This document shows, piece after piece, positions 12,538-25,100 of a DNA stretch of 53,953 nt. Location: positions 1-53,953 of the forward strand of contig JAUCBJ010002358.1 of NCBI GenBank assembly GCA_032718475.1. Reading direction: 5' to 3'. Position 1 is the stretch's first letter, and each line of letters begins with the position of its first letter. The stretch is from Nemertoderma westbladi. Taxonomy: Eukaryota > Animalia > Xenacoelomorpha. Both the position numbers and the translations under genes were made by a program. A model generated the notes under the pieces. The model worked only from the letters and a program-made list of their open reading frames with translations, made no database searches and was not told where the DNA came from.

Positions 12538-12775
12538 AGTTTGGCCTCCATTCTCATCGTCTCATCGTCTCATCGTCTCATCGAATAATACCTATTGATA
12601 TCTGAACCGAACTAAACTAATCCTACTGCTGTACTGCTACCGGTATTGGAAAGACTACTTTTTGACTTTAAATTAGCCTACAACAGACTGTCGAGACTCG
12701 GCAAGTTGTGTTTAAATAGAGCTTAAATAGACAATATTGATAAATGCTTTTGTTACATTGATGGTGTAGAAGAAA

Positions 12776-15291
12776 ATGATGATAGTTTTATGCGTCTTAG
12801 TGTTTCAACAGTTGTTCCAACTTACGCAACCGACCATTACTCCGATGGACCCTACTGTCTCCGCGAAGCTCAGATGCAAGATACAAAACGTGCAGTCGCT
12901 TACTCCTCCCGTTGCCTTTTCGGTGAAAGAGGATGTAATTAGTCGGATGATCGATATCGTATTTCTTGTGGAAGTTTTTGATAATCTCGAGAATCTCGCG
13001 CTAGCGACGCCCAATAGTTATAAAAGCGACTGCTGCTTGCGGGAAGGACAGAACGGAGGAGGAATAGCCTATATAGTGAATAGTGGAATCAAGCTGCATG
13101 AGATTAAGATAAAGACAAGTGATGAATTTGAAATGGTCTGCCTGACATCAAAGAAGAACCTGTTTATGGTAGTTTACCGTCCACCATCCTCAAAAAAGTT
13201 CATAAAATCTGTATCTAAATTTACAACTGAATTAGATGGTATAATTGGAGATTTAGCGACTTAAGTTTGATTCCATAACATTGTTAGGAGATGTAAATGT
13301 TTGGATGGAAACGGAATGCCCTTTTCGTTTCATGATGGAATCGCATGGTTTTGCGCTGGCAAATACAGGACCAACCCATTCAGCTGGACACAGCCTTGAT
13401 GTCATTGCATCTCTTGGTTCAAATGTTAGCAATATTGAAGTGGGACCGATTAATTTAAAGCTCAGTGATCATGCTCCTTTGTACTTTGACTACAGCGGAG
13501 TAAATCTACTAAAATCCATGAGTGAACAATGTTCGTATAGATCGTGGAGCAAGTTTAATGAAGAAGCATTTAAAGATGATATAATTGACAATAATCTTGA
13601 TAAAACAAACATAAATGTTAGTTTTGAGAGTTGGCTTCAGAAGCTTGGCGATCTATTTAATAAACATGTTCCATTAATCGTAAAACTTGTTCCAGTGAAT
13701 CGAAAACATTCCACCATTAGAGATGAGGATCGTGATAACATCCAGCAATTACGTCGCTACAAACGCCAGCTTGAATTGCTTTATAAGAAGAAAGAGACAG
13801 AACTCAATAAAGCCAAACTCAATGCAGCATCAATGGAGTTGATAAAAGCACTTCGGGAATCAACTTCTCTGTATTACCAGGAATTTATACATGACAATGC
13901 GGGAAATTTGGGTGCTTTGTGGAAACAGTATAAAAAGTTATTGGGAAAATCGTATAAACGGATTTTGCCACAAAGTCTTGGTGATCCTGCACAGCTTGCA
14001 AGATTATTCTCGGATTTTTTTAAAGATAAAGTATCTACTATTGTATCCAGTTTCTCCGCTTGGGACTGTAATAGACTGTTGCCTAAGCGGTATGATGTTG
14101 AGTTTACAAAGTTTGAATATATGACTGAATTAGAGGTGATGAAAATAATAAAAACAATGTCGAATGCATCATGTGAGTTAGATTGTATGCAAACAAAACT
14201 ATTTAAGAAGGTTGCCCCAGATATTATTGAACCACTAACTGTCTACATTAATAGTGTACTTGCTAACGGCATATTTCCCGAGTTTCTCAAAACTGCCCTT
14301 GTAAGATGATAGAGATGCTCTGTTTGCCAACTACGCTGACGACACGCAATTGTTTCTATCAGGCATGGCTCAGGCTGTTGGTGATATAAAGAAACGCTTC
14401 GTAAAATTATTTAATTGTGTTGCACTATGGATGATGAACAACCAATTGCAATTAAATGCAGAGCATCTGCTTTTGTGGCGAGACAATAGCATTCTCTGAA
14501 TACGTGAAATGTCTGGGAGTAGTATGGGACGGACAGTTAAAATTAAAAAAGCATATTATAACGACAGCATCAAAGACAAAATATTATCTACGATCTCTAT
14601 ACCGAATCAAGAAATATCTAATACGCACATCTGTCGAAACATTGGTTAATGCATTTATTACATCGCGTTTGGATTATTCAAACTCAATTCTCGGATCTTG
14701 CTCCAATTCCATTATCAGACGTTTACAGACTGTACAGAACAGCGCAGCTAGACTAGTTACAAACTCCCCTCGTTATGATATAGCATAGCAACAGATGGAC
14801 ATTATATATACCATTCTGCCACTGCTATGTTACGGGAGCTACATTGGCTACCAGTTGCAAAGAGGATCTGTTATAAGCAGATTCTGTTATGCTATAAATG
14901 TTTGAATGGCACTGGCCCAGAATACTTAAAGAGTCAGTTAACGAAAGTTGAACCAGTGCGCCGATTGCGGTCTGGGACAGCGGCCTGCATTCAGGTGCCT
15001 CGTGTCTCCTCAGCATTGGCACAGCGTGCTTTCTACCATGCTGCCCCAGATTCATGGAACAGGCTTCCTGATGCGATTAGGCCGCACAAAGGCCTGGAAC
15101 TGGGCGATTTTAAATCAAAACTAAAGACGTATTTATTCAATAAATAAGTTCCGGTACTAGTTGTGCAGTAGTAGTAGTAGTTGTAACAGCGTTTAGTTCG
15201 GTTAGCTGCAGGCGCCCTGATAGGATCATAAGATCTCTAAGGGCGCCTGCATTAACAAATATAAGTGCTATTATTATTATTTATTATTATT
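12776..15291 (+). mobile_element. L2/CR1-group LINE ORF2 with internal RT deletion, 3' UTR and (ATT)n tail
   Basis: APE endonuclease motifs (GGGIAY, VVYRPP, LGDVN, THSAGHSLD, SDH). Sequence jumps from FPEFLKTALV directly to YADDTQL near 14310-14350. C-terminus ITSRLDYSNS...LHWLPV...FKSKLKTYLF. ATT tail at 15270-15291. Confidence 0.9.
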
Positions 15292-15498
15292 GTCTCCTAT
15301 CGGTGTTTCTCTACACTCTCCGAATCTGTGTCCTTCTACCACGCATCATTGACATAGTCCGTTTGTATCCTCGTAGGCTACACGATCTTGTTTAGGCAAC
15401 ACTTGCCAATGCTTACAACTCATGGTCTTATGGGTTCCATCCCTATGCAATATTGACATTCGTATCCTGGATTGTAGCATTCCCTGTATAGCCCTTAA

Positions 15499-17051
15499 CC
15501 CTATTAAACCCGGGGGGGGGGTCAATATGACCCCTCCCGTGGTTTTTTTATTATAATTCTGAAACAAACGCAGTTGGGAATCTGAAATTTTATGACTTTT
15601 CCTAAAAATCTACTGTCTTCCTAGTAGTGAAAACCGTTTTTAAAAATATTGGGTACTTTTCGAGTTATAGCACCATTTTTTAACCCTACTTTTGGCACTT
15701 TTTTTGAGACGTTTTTTGAAAATTACATTTCATTAAATATGAATTGTAACATCTCTATTTTTGATTTACACCGGTTTTTTGGTGTTAGAAATTGGATGGA
15801 ATTCATATAAATTGATTTAGAAATTTCAAACTTGTTTTTTTCGGTGGGTGCCAAATTTTGGTGCCAGCACCAAATTTTGAAATAAGTCAATTTTGTAAAT
15901 TGACTGTTCGAAACTTGTTTTTTACGCAAATGAGGTTTTTTTGGGTTCTGGATTCGATGAAATATATACGAGTTGTACCAAGCGTATCAAACTTGTATTT
16001 TTCGGTGCTGTGTGCAAATTTTGGTGCTAGCACGAAATTTTGAAAATCCATTCAATAGATAAAATTGCTTGTGACAATTTATTTCTTGCGTTTTAGAGGT
16101 TTATGGCTGTTCTGAATTCAATGGAAAATATAATTATCGAACTAGACATCTCAAACTTGTATTTTTTGGATGTGGGTGCAAAATGTGGTGCTAGCACCAA
16201 ATTTTGAAAACCATCAAATATATCAATTGATTGTGTCACCTTGTTTCTTGCGTTATACGGGTTTGTGATGGTTCTGAATTCAATGGAATGAGTAAAAATT
16301 TCATAACAGTTCTCAAACTTGTATTTTTCGCCGGTGGGTGAAAATTGTTGTGCCAGTACCAAATTTTGGAAAATATGCAAATTGATAAGTAGATAGTATC
16401 ACCTTGTTTCTTGCGTTATACGGGTTTATGGGGTTCCTGAATCCGATGGAATCAATAAAAACAGCACTGGACATCGCAAACTTGTACTTTTTGGTGATGG
16501 GTACGAAATTTGGTGCTAGCACCAAAATTTGCCAAATTACGCCGAAAAATACAAGTAGCAATAATCTGGCATGTTAGAAATGTATTCCATTAGAATCAGC
16601 GCCCTCGAAAACCTGAAAATGTGAATTTATAGCATCGTATTAGTGAATTAAAAATTTTGTGTTTTAACTGAAAAGTGCTGGTTACTTGTTTTTTTCATTT
16701 TTTTCCTACGCAGAGAGGACTAAACAGCCATTTATAGTAATCATATCATTTTTAAATATTTTCCAATGTATTTTGCACCCCAGAAAACTTGTATTGAAAA
16801 ATAATTAGCCGAAAATGTAACTTTCAAATTTTTTGAAAATTGTGCACTACTTGTAATTTTGGTGCTGCAATATAACCACCCCAGTACATTTTTTCGAAAA
16901 ATTTTTTTTTCGGTCGGATCCAGACAAGTGATACCTACGTACAAACAAAAAATCAGACGTTTTCGTAAATATTTGTAGATTTTAGAGGGGGGGGTCAATA
17001 TGACCCCCTCCCGGTATTTGTACAACATTTTATAGCCCGGTACTAATAGGG
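15499..17051. mobile_element. Non-autonomous piggyBac-type element, copy 1 (1553 bp)
   Basis: TTAA on both sides (15495-15498, 17052-17055). Ends CCCTATTAnnnCCGGG. Subterminal palindrome GGGGGTCAATATGACCCC near both ends. Near-identical to 19909-21460. Confidence 0.88.
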
Positions 17052-17091
17052 TTAACGGATAGCAGTAGTATGGGTATAGCCTTCTTTGGCC

Positions 17092-17712
17092 CAGTGTCTG
17101 CCATAGCCCATCATTGATGTCAATCATCGAACGCCTGCGTGTGTCTGCCATAGCCCATCATTGATGTCAATCATCTAATGCCTGTGTATTGACGACTATT
17201 AACAACCAATAGGAATGCAGGAATAATCACAGTTTAACCAATAGGAATGTAGGAATGTGATGGCGGCAATATCCTACATTCCATTCCCGGTCATTGACCT
17301 CAACAGATTTAGCGCTTCCTTACTCGAATGCTTGTGTGTGTCTGCCATACTTTATCATAGATGTCAATCATTGAATGCCTGCGTATTGACAACTATTATC
17401 AACCAATAGGAACGCTTACAGTTAAAGAATGCAGGAATAAATCACAGTTTAACCAATAGGAATGTAGGAATATGATAGCAGTAAAATTCTACATTGAACA
17501 GTTTAATCAATTAGCAAGTCGTAGGACTTGATTACTGTAAGAATTGTTGACTGATTGATTGATTGACTGGCTGGCTGGCTGGCTGGCTGGCTGATCTACA
17601 GCTAAAACTACTCTACGATTTTGTAGGAATGTTTGTAGATCTCTCATTCTATCCCCAATTATTACCCTCAATTGATTTACTGATTCTCAATAGTGGGCTA
17701 TGGCAGACACTG
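17092..17712. mobile_element. MITE-like element with CAGTG termini
   Basis: 19-bp perfect TIR CAGTGTCTGCCATAGCCCA / TGGGCTATGGCAGACACTG. Internal AACCAATAGGAATG repeats and (GGCT)n. No TSD found. Confidence 0.55.
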
Positions 17713-17990
17713 TAATTGATATGTTATTGACTTTTAATTAACTTGTAATTGATATGTTATTGACTTTTTAATTAACTTATCTTTTCTGCTAGGTGAGTAG
17801 TACAGAACCTCGAATATAATATAATATAATTTATCGAGTAATAAATTAATTCTAATTATTTTTTCGCTGAGGGGAGGATTTCGTACAGCACAAGTGCTAC
17901 ATAACCGTAATAGAATAATAATAATGCTGTTGATTAGAGCCAGTCTTTTATTACATAATAATATAATAATAATAATACAGAACTAACAAC

Positions 17991-18527
17991 AGTAGTATAT
18001 AATTGTGTGACACGGCTTCATGGTCACCCGTAGCCCATCATTACCATCCATTTCTAGTACTGCATCCAATCAGAAGCCACCATTTCAACCTTTAGCAGTA
18101 GTCGTTATTATTTCAACCAATCAGATGTCAGCATTTCATCCGTAACCATGGTAACTTCTCAAGTTCCCGCTTATTCCGCTAGAGGCGTTATTAGTCACCC
18201 AACGCTAGTACTGCATCCAATCAGAAGCCACCATTTCAACCTTTAGCAGTAGTCGTTATTATTTCAACCAATCAGATGTCAGCATTTCATCCGTAACCAT
18301 GGTAACTTCTCAAGTTCCCGCTTATTCCGCTAGAGGTGTTATTAGTCACCCAACGCTAGTACTGCATCCAATCACCAACCTTTATTTTACAGGTGTTCGG
18401 GTGTCTACACTTAGCATCAGGTAACTTCTACTATTTTTCAAATCGCAATTTTTCACCAACCTTTATTTTACAGATGCTAGGAGTGTCTACAGGTAACGTC
18501 TACTATTTTTCAAATCGCTATTTTTCA
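17991..18527 (+). repeat. Left TIR (537 bp, with two copies of a 151-bp unit)
   Basis: Reverse complement of 41439-41824 plus one extra 151-bp unit (unit starts 18054, 18205; next boundary 18356). Confidence 0.95.
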
Positions 18528-19078
18528 CCAGTAACTAAATTTAATTTTGCAATTTTTCAGATAACAAAATATTCAACAGGGTTCGAACCCGGGACCGTTA
18601 TAACTCCTCACAACTCACCAATCACTCATCCATCCATCCTCGAGAGAAAAAGGCGATAAATATCTGAGTTATACCATAGTCATTGAATTCTTCATCTTCA
18701 TCACTGGTAGCAGATGTTTATAAATAGCTTCTAGTTCCTTAACATAATTACTATAGCATAGAATACATTAATTCGACTATTAATAATAATCGATTTCTTT
18801 TATTGATGTGACTGGTCGGTCAACTAAGTTAAATATAAGTTAGAATGACAGGGCTAGCATTGTTCACGTTGCATCTGTTACATGTTACTGCTATTTCACT
18901 CTCTAACTCACGCTAATGTAATAAATTTAGCTGTACACATTGCATCTGTTACACGAAGCTACTATATTCCTCACTGTAAGTCACTCTGTTGTATTAAAGC
19001 AACCATATAAACAGAAGTTTTACATTCTAATAATCATTTATTTAGTTTTTATTTTTCAAAATAGTTTTCATTCTAATT

Positions 19079-21678
19079 ATGGATTTATTTAAAAAAACTT
19101 CAAGCAATACTTGGAAATTTACATGTAATAAATATACCTGTAGTATTGTTTATGGCAAGTACTTTATATTACACTCAAGCGATAGCAATGTAACAACATG
19201 CTTCTCTTACCGGGATACACTCTACCTTCTAGACGTCTTAGAAATATTAATCAACCGACAAAAGGAATCACCAGTTTCAAGAGGTAATATTTATCCTAAT
19301 ATAGAATTTACAAGAGGAAAGTTAAATATTTCCACCTGTGTTATTACTGAAAACGTATATATTCAGAAGCAAGGCAAATGTCAAATTCTAAACAAATCAC
19401 TCATTAATTTATTGCTTCAGAGTAAGACAGAAATATTAGAATTGTTATCACCACCACTCGAAACAATAAATCAGTGTTCTGTTGTTAATTTAACCAACCC
19501 ATCTTTTGTTGGTTTTGTAAGCAAATATAAAGGAACGACTTATATGGGACTATGGGAGATTTCAGCTAGATATTCTGATGCTATTGGTCTTAGGTATTAT
19601 AATGGGTTTAACTTAACAGCATCGGAAGTAAATTCATTGTGGTATGAATGGAATTATGAAATTAGTAACGAAGGTGTCTTTTCAGAGCTAGATACGAGCG
19701 ATAAAGCTTTATCTGACCGACTTAAAGTAAAAATAAATGTACAAGAAAAAAAAGTAATTATTACAGACAAGGAAAGCAAATATTTACAGTTACATTATGA
19801 TAAAGACATACCTCATATAGAGTTTCTCTATGATATGATGGAAAAGGTTTCATGAACTGATATAGCAGACGGTTTCGCGATTCTATATCAACCAACTTGG
19901 AAGTTTAACCCTATTAAACCCGGGGGGGGGTCAATATGACCCCCCCCGTGGTTTTTTTATTATAATTCTGAAACAAACGCAGTTGGGAATCTGAAATTTT
20001 ATGACTTTTCCTAAAAATCTATTGTCTTCATGGTAGTGAAAACCGTTTTCAAAAATATTGGGTACTTTTCGAGTTATAGCACCATTTTTTAACCCTACTT
20101 TTGGCACTTTTTTTGAGACGTTTTTTGAAAATTACATTTCATTAAATATGAATTGTAACATCTCTATTTTTGATTTACACCGGTTTTTTGGTGTTAGAAA
20201 TTAGATGGAATTCATATAAATTGATTTAGAAATTTCAAACTTGTTTTTTTCGATGGGTGCCAAATTTTGGTGCCAGCACCAAATTTTGAAATAAGTCAAT
20301 TTTGTAAATTGATTGTTTGAAACTTGTTTTTTACGCAATTGGGATTTTTTGAGGTTCTGGATTCGATGAAATATATACGTGTTGAACCAAGCGTATCAAA
20401 CTTGTATTTTTCGGTGCTGTGTGCTAATTTTGGTGCTAGCACGAAATTTTGAAAATCCATTCAATATATAAAATTGCTTGTGACAATTTATTTCTTGCGT
20501 TTTAGAGGTTTATGGCTGTTCTGAATTCAATGGAAAATATAATTATCGAACTAGACATCTCAAACTTGTATTTTTCGGATGTGGGTGCAAAATGTGGTGC
20601 TAGCACCAAATTTTGAAAACCATCAAATATATAAATTGATTGTGTCACCTTGTTTCTTGCGTTATACGGGTTTGTGATGGTTCTGAATTCAATGGAATCA
20701 GTAAAAATTTCATAAGAGTTCTCAAACTTGTATTTTTCGCCGGTGGGTGAAAATTGTTGTGCCAGCACCAAATTTTGGAAAATATGCAAATTGATAAGTA
20801 GATAGTATCACCTTGTTTCTTGCGTTATACGGGTTTATGAGGGTCCTGAATCCGATGGAATCAATAAAAACAGCACTGGACATCGCAAACTTGTACTTTT
20901 TGGTGATGGGTACGAAATTTGGTGCTAGCACCAAAATTTGCTAAATTACGCCGAAAAATACAAGTAGCAATGATCTGGCATATTAGAAATGTATTCCATT
21001 AGAATCAGCGCCCTAGAAAACCTGAAAATGTGAATTTATAGCATCGTATAAGTGAATTAAAAATTTTGTGTTCTAACTGAAAAGTGCTGGTTACTTGTTT
21101 TTTTCATTTTTTTCCTACGCAGAGAGGACTAAACAGCCATTTATAGTAATCATATCATTTTTAAATATTTTCCAATGTATTTTGCACCCCAAAAAACCTG
21201 TATTGAAAAATAATTAGCCGAAAATGTAACTTTCAAATTTTGTGAAAATTGTGCACTACTTGTAATTTTGGTGCTGCAATATAACCACCCCAGTACATTT
21301 TTTCGAAAATTTTTTTTTTCGGTCGGATCCAGACAAGTGATACCTACGTACAAACAAAAAATCAGACGTTTTCGTAAATATTTGTAGATTTTAGAGGGGG
21401 GGGTCAATATGACCCCCTCCCGGTATTTGTACAACATTTTATAGCCCGGTACTAATAGGGTTAAGGTTAATAAGTCATTTCCAGAAACAGTTTCATCCAC
21501 ATTTAATCCAAAGACATACATCGAAGAGACATCGAGTGATAGAAAGCGCAGATCTACATCTCAAACATCTTCCATTCCCAACAATGATTCTATACCTACA
21601 AAGAAAATAAAAGTTTCAAAAGCAAGTGAAGAGGTAGCAGATTACAATAAGGAACATATAAAAACAGTATCAGATTGA
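19079..21678 (+). pseudogene. Polinton accessory gene with a PC4-like segment; premature TGA and piggyBac insertion
   Basis: FVSKYKGTTYMGLWE...NGFNLTASEVNSL resembles the PC4/Sub1 motif. Reading through TGA 19853-19855 and excising 19909-21464 gives an open frame to TGA 21676-21678 with basic NLS-like RKRR and KKIK. Confidence 0.6.
19909..21460. mobile_element. Non-autonomous piggyBac-type element, copy 2, nested in the Polinton
   Basis: TTAA at 19905-19908 and 21461-21464. Same ends and orientation as copy 1, with scattered substitutions. Confidence 0.9.
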
Positions 21679-22158
21679 TTTATTATTAACTAGAGACTTT
21701 TCTTTTTCAGTTTCACACTGACTTGTAAAGGTAACTTTTTATCACAAAGCGTGATTATTATAAAGTATGATTATTATAAAGTATTTGCATGTAAAGGTGA
21801 CTTTATTGAGTAAATATTGGTGATAGTTTATATTTAATGTGAGCATGGGATTAGGTATAAAACAGTCGCATGTAAATGCATGAGTTTACACCACCATAAT
21901 AAAACATTAGCATGTAAAACCTACTTTATCAATGAAAATTAAAAACACATTATGCACATCTTGGTTTAGACTTGATTTTATTATAAAGAATTCAGTTGTA
22001 AAAGCAACTTTATTTATGATATTAGTTTCCAATGTAACTGTTATTTATGATTGGTTGGTATAAGTAGAAACTTGAAATATATATATAAAGAGCTCAACTG
22101 ATTCAATCGAGCTCATTCTGAAAATATTCGAAAATATTGTTTTTAGGATAATAAAGAG

Positions 22159-25100
22159 ATGGATAAACAATTGAAATGTCCATTTTGTCCTCTTCAAATT
22201 TCTAAACGAAATTATTTAACTCACTTTAAATCACATTTTCAAGAATTTAATTGTTTTAATTGTCATGTGAAATGTCCACGTGAAGAAATTTGCAAACGAC
22301 ATGAATCAACTACGGGTTGTAAAGAAATGAAGTTTTGCGTGTATGAAAAAACTTGCCCTATTTGTAATAAAGAGTATTTATATGAGAATTATTTATGTCA
22401 CGACTGTCACCAACGTTATTATCATGTTAGACCACCACAACGGAACCAAAACAATACTGTCGCATCTAGAAAAAGACTGAAATCTGGTCAAGGTCCATCA
22501 ATTTTTAGCCTCGAATGAGCCGCACACGATAACCGTTTAGAAATCTATGTTTACAATCTTCCGAATGATGAAGATTTTCCTGATATTCATTCATCGATAG
22601 TTCATATTCTACCTCACATCAAAAACTTATTATTAGGAAAACTTAGCGAAATGAATGTACTTAGACCCTGGCTAGGTGTGAATATACTCATGTATCGATC
22701 ACATTTTTCAGAGGATGACCAAGAAGAAGCTTTCTATTTTAGTTCTTCAGGTGGTGCAGTTAATACCGTAGATTCACATGAAAGTTTTGACACATGGTTT
22801 GAGTATGTACTAGAAAAATTAATGCAAAAAATAGCCATATTTAACACTCGTGGCTCAGGGTGGCGCGCTAAATCTTTATTAAGAGTGGAAATTAAAGTAG
22901 CTGAATCCAAGTGTAGGTCACTGGAATATAAAGGTCACGGTTATATGGAGTTACCTAAGGCTCTATCGAGTAAACAATGTGTTATAAATATACAAACGGC
23001 TGATAATGACTGTTTCAAATGGGCTATTATAGCCACAAAATTTAGCAGCAAAGTGAAAGATAACAAACATCGTACTTCGCAGTACACAGATTACATGAAT
23101 CATTTTATTTTTGACAACGGGAACAAAGATTATCCAACAGAATGGCAGCTTGCAATTAAACTTTTTGAAAAACAGAATTCAGCATATATAATTAATTTAT
23201 TACTCTACGACAACAATCGAGTATCTATATTAAGACAGGCACCATTTAGTAAAATCACTCCAGATAAAGAGTTATTGAATATATTACTTGTAAAAAATAA
23301 GAATACGAGTAAACAATCACATTATGTTTGCATAACTAACTTGAATCGCTTGATGAATACAAGAGGTAAGCATATTGGAGGTAGGAAATTTTGTGAACGG
23401 TGTTTGTCTCATTTCTTCAGCAAAGATGTTCTAGAACATCACCGTCTTGCTTGTTATCGAGGAAAAAGTCAAGTTGAGAAGCTACCATCTGAAAAAAGAA
23501 CTCACATTAGCTTTAGAAATTTAGACAGAACATTACCAGCATTGTTTGTAATATATTTTGACATAGAATCTATTTTGGAGCCAGCCGGCAACAGTAAATT
23601 TATTCAGAATCATATTCCATGCGCTGTAAGTTATTTAATTGTTCCTAGTACCGAATTAATCAATCCACCAAAATTTTATTTGAAGACCTTTACAAAAACA
23701 ATCGACAACAACTGTATTCAAGACTTTTTAGACTCTGTATATAATGACATCACCCAATTATATAAGTGGTCAGAAACCTATACAAGACAAAAGATAATAC
23801 TTAATGATGTAGATAAGTTAAGTTTTTGGAAAGCTAAAACTTGCTTTTATTGCAATGTTTTATTTAAGGATAAATCTGAGAAAAACAAACATCACTCACA
23901 TATTACTGGTAACTATATAGCAGCCGCTTGTAACGCATGTAACCGCTCTTTATCGTTGAAACGACACCTGTATATACTCGCTGCACACAACTGCAATCAC
24001 TACGATTTACATTTTCTTTGGCAAGTTGGTTTTACCAACAACCGATATTCCGATTGGGATATAAAGGTAATCCCTAAAAATTCTGAAAGGTATATTTCAC
24101 TAAGTATGCATATACCGGTGAAAGATCAAAAACAAAAAATCGAGCTACGTGTCTTAGACACATATCAATTTTTATCCTTTTCCCTAAGTACTTTAGTTGA
24201 TTGTTCAACAAAGGATATAGACAGCGAGGATATAACATCAGTTCTACCAATTACTGAACAGCAAATGAAATATTTTTATCCGAATTTAAATAATGCAACA
24301 ATTAAACGAAAAGGTATATTTCCCTACGAGTATCTGACAGATTTAAATAAATTCAATGATTCGAAATTACCATAAATAGACAAATTTTATAGTAAATTAA
24401 CACAAAATACCTGTACTCCCGAGGAATATAGTTTTGCCAACACATCATGGAGTCAGTTTGACTGTGTGAATCTCAAGGATTATCTTTTAGCATACTTAAA
24501 ACTCGATGTTTGTCTCCTCGCTGATATATTTGAGAACTTTAGGAGAGTATGTAGACAAAACTACGAATTAGAAGTAGTTTATTATTGCAGTATCGCAGCT
24601 TTCACTTATGATTGCGCCCTGAAATACAATAAATGTAAGTTAGCATTAATAAAAGATTACCAAACATATAGAGATTTTGAAGCATCTATTAGAGGTGGGG
24701 TTTCATTCTGTCGAAAGCATTACATAGAATCAAATATACCAGATACTGATAATTATGATCCAAGCAAGGAAGAGTGTCATATTTTCAATATAGATTTTAA
24801 TTCCTTGTATTCGGGTAATTTAAGTAAAAAGCTACCTGTTTCAGGTTTTGAACAAGTCAACGTTACATATTTAGAGAATGCCGCTCCAGAAGAACTAATA
24901 AACTATTTAACAAATCTTGATACTGAAGGGGATAAAAAAAAATATTGGGTTTTTCTTAATTTGCGATTTGAAATATCCCAAAGATATTCATGATCGTACA
25001 TTAGAACTACCCTTAGCCCCAGAACATTTAAGTATAAATGAGACAATGCTTTCACCATATATGAGGGAACAATATAATCATGTATGTAAACAAAGAGGTA

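Noticed and set aside
18393-18659. ORF duplicated at 41376-41573
   Set aside because: Chance ORF within the TIRs.
15723-21521. Duplicated short ORFs (MHIFQNLV..., YKYREGVILTPP...)
   Set aside because: They lie in the two copies of a non-coding piggyBac-type element and have no transposase motifs.
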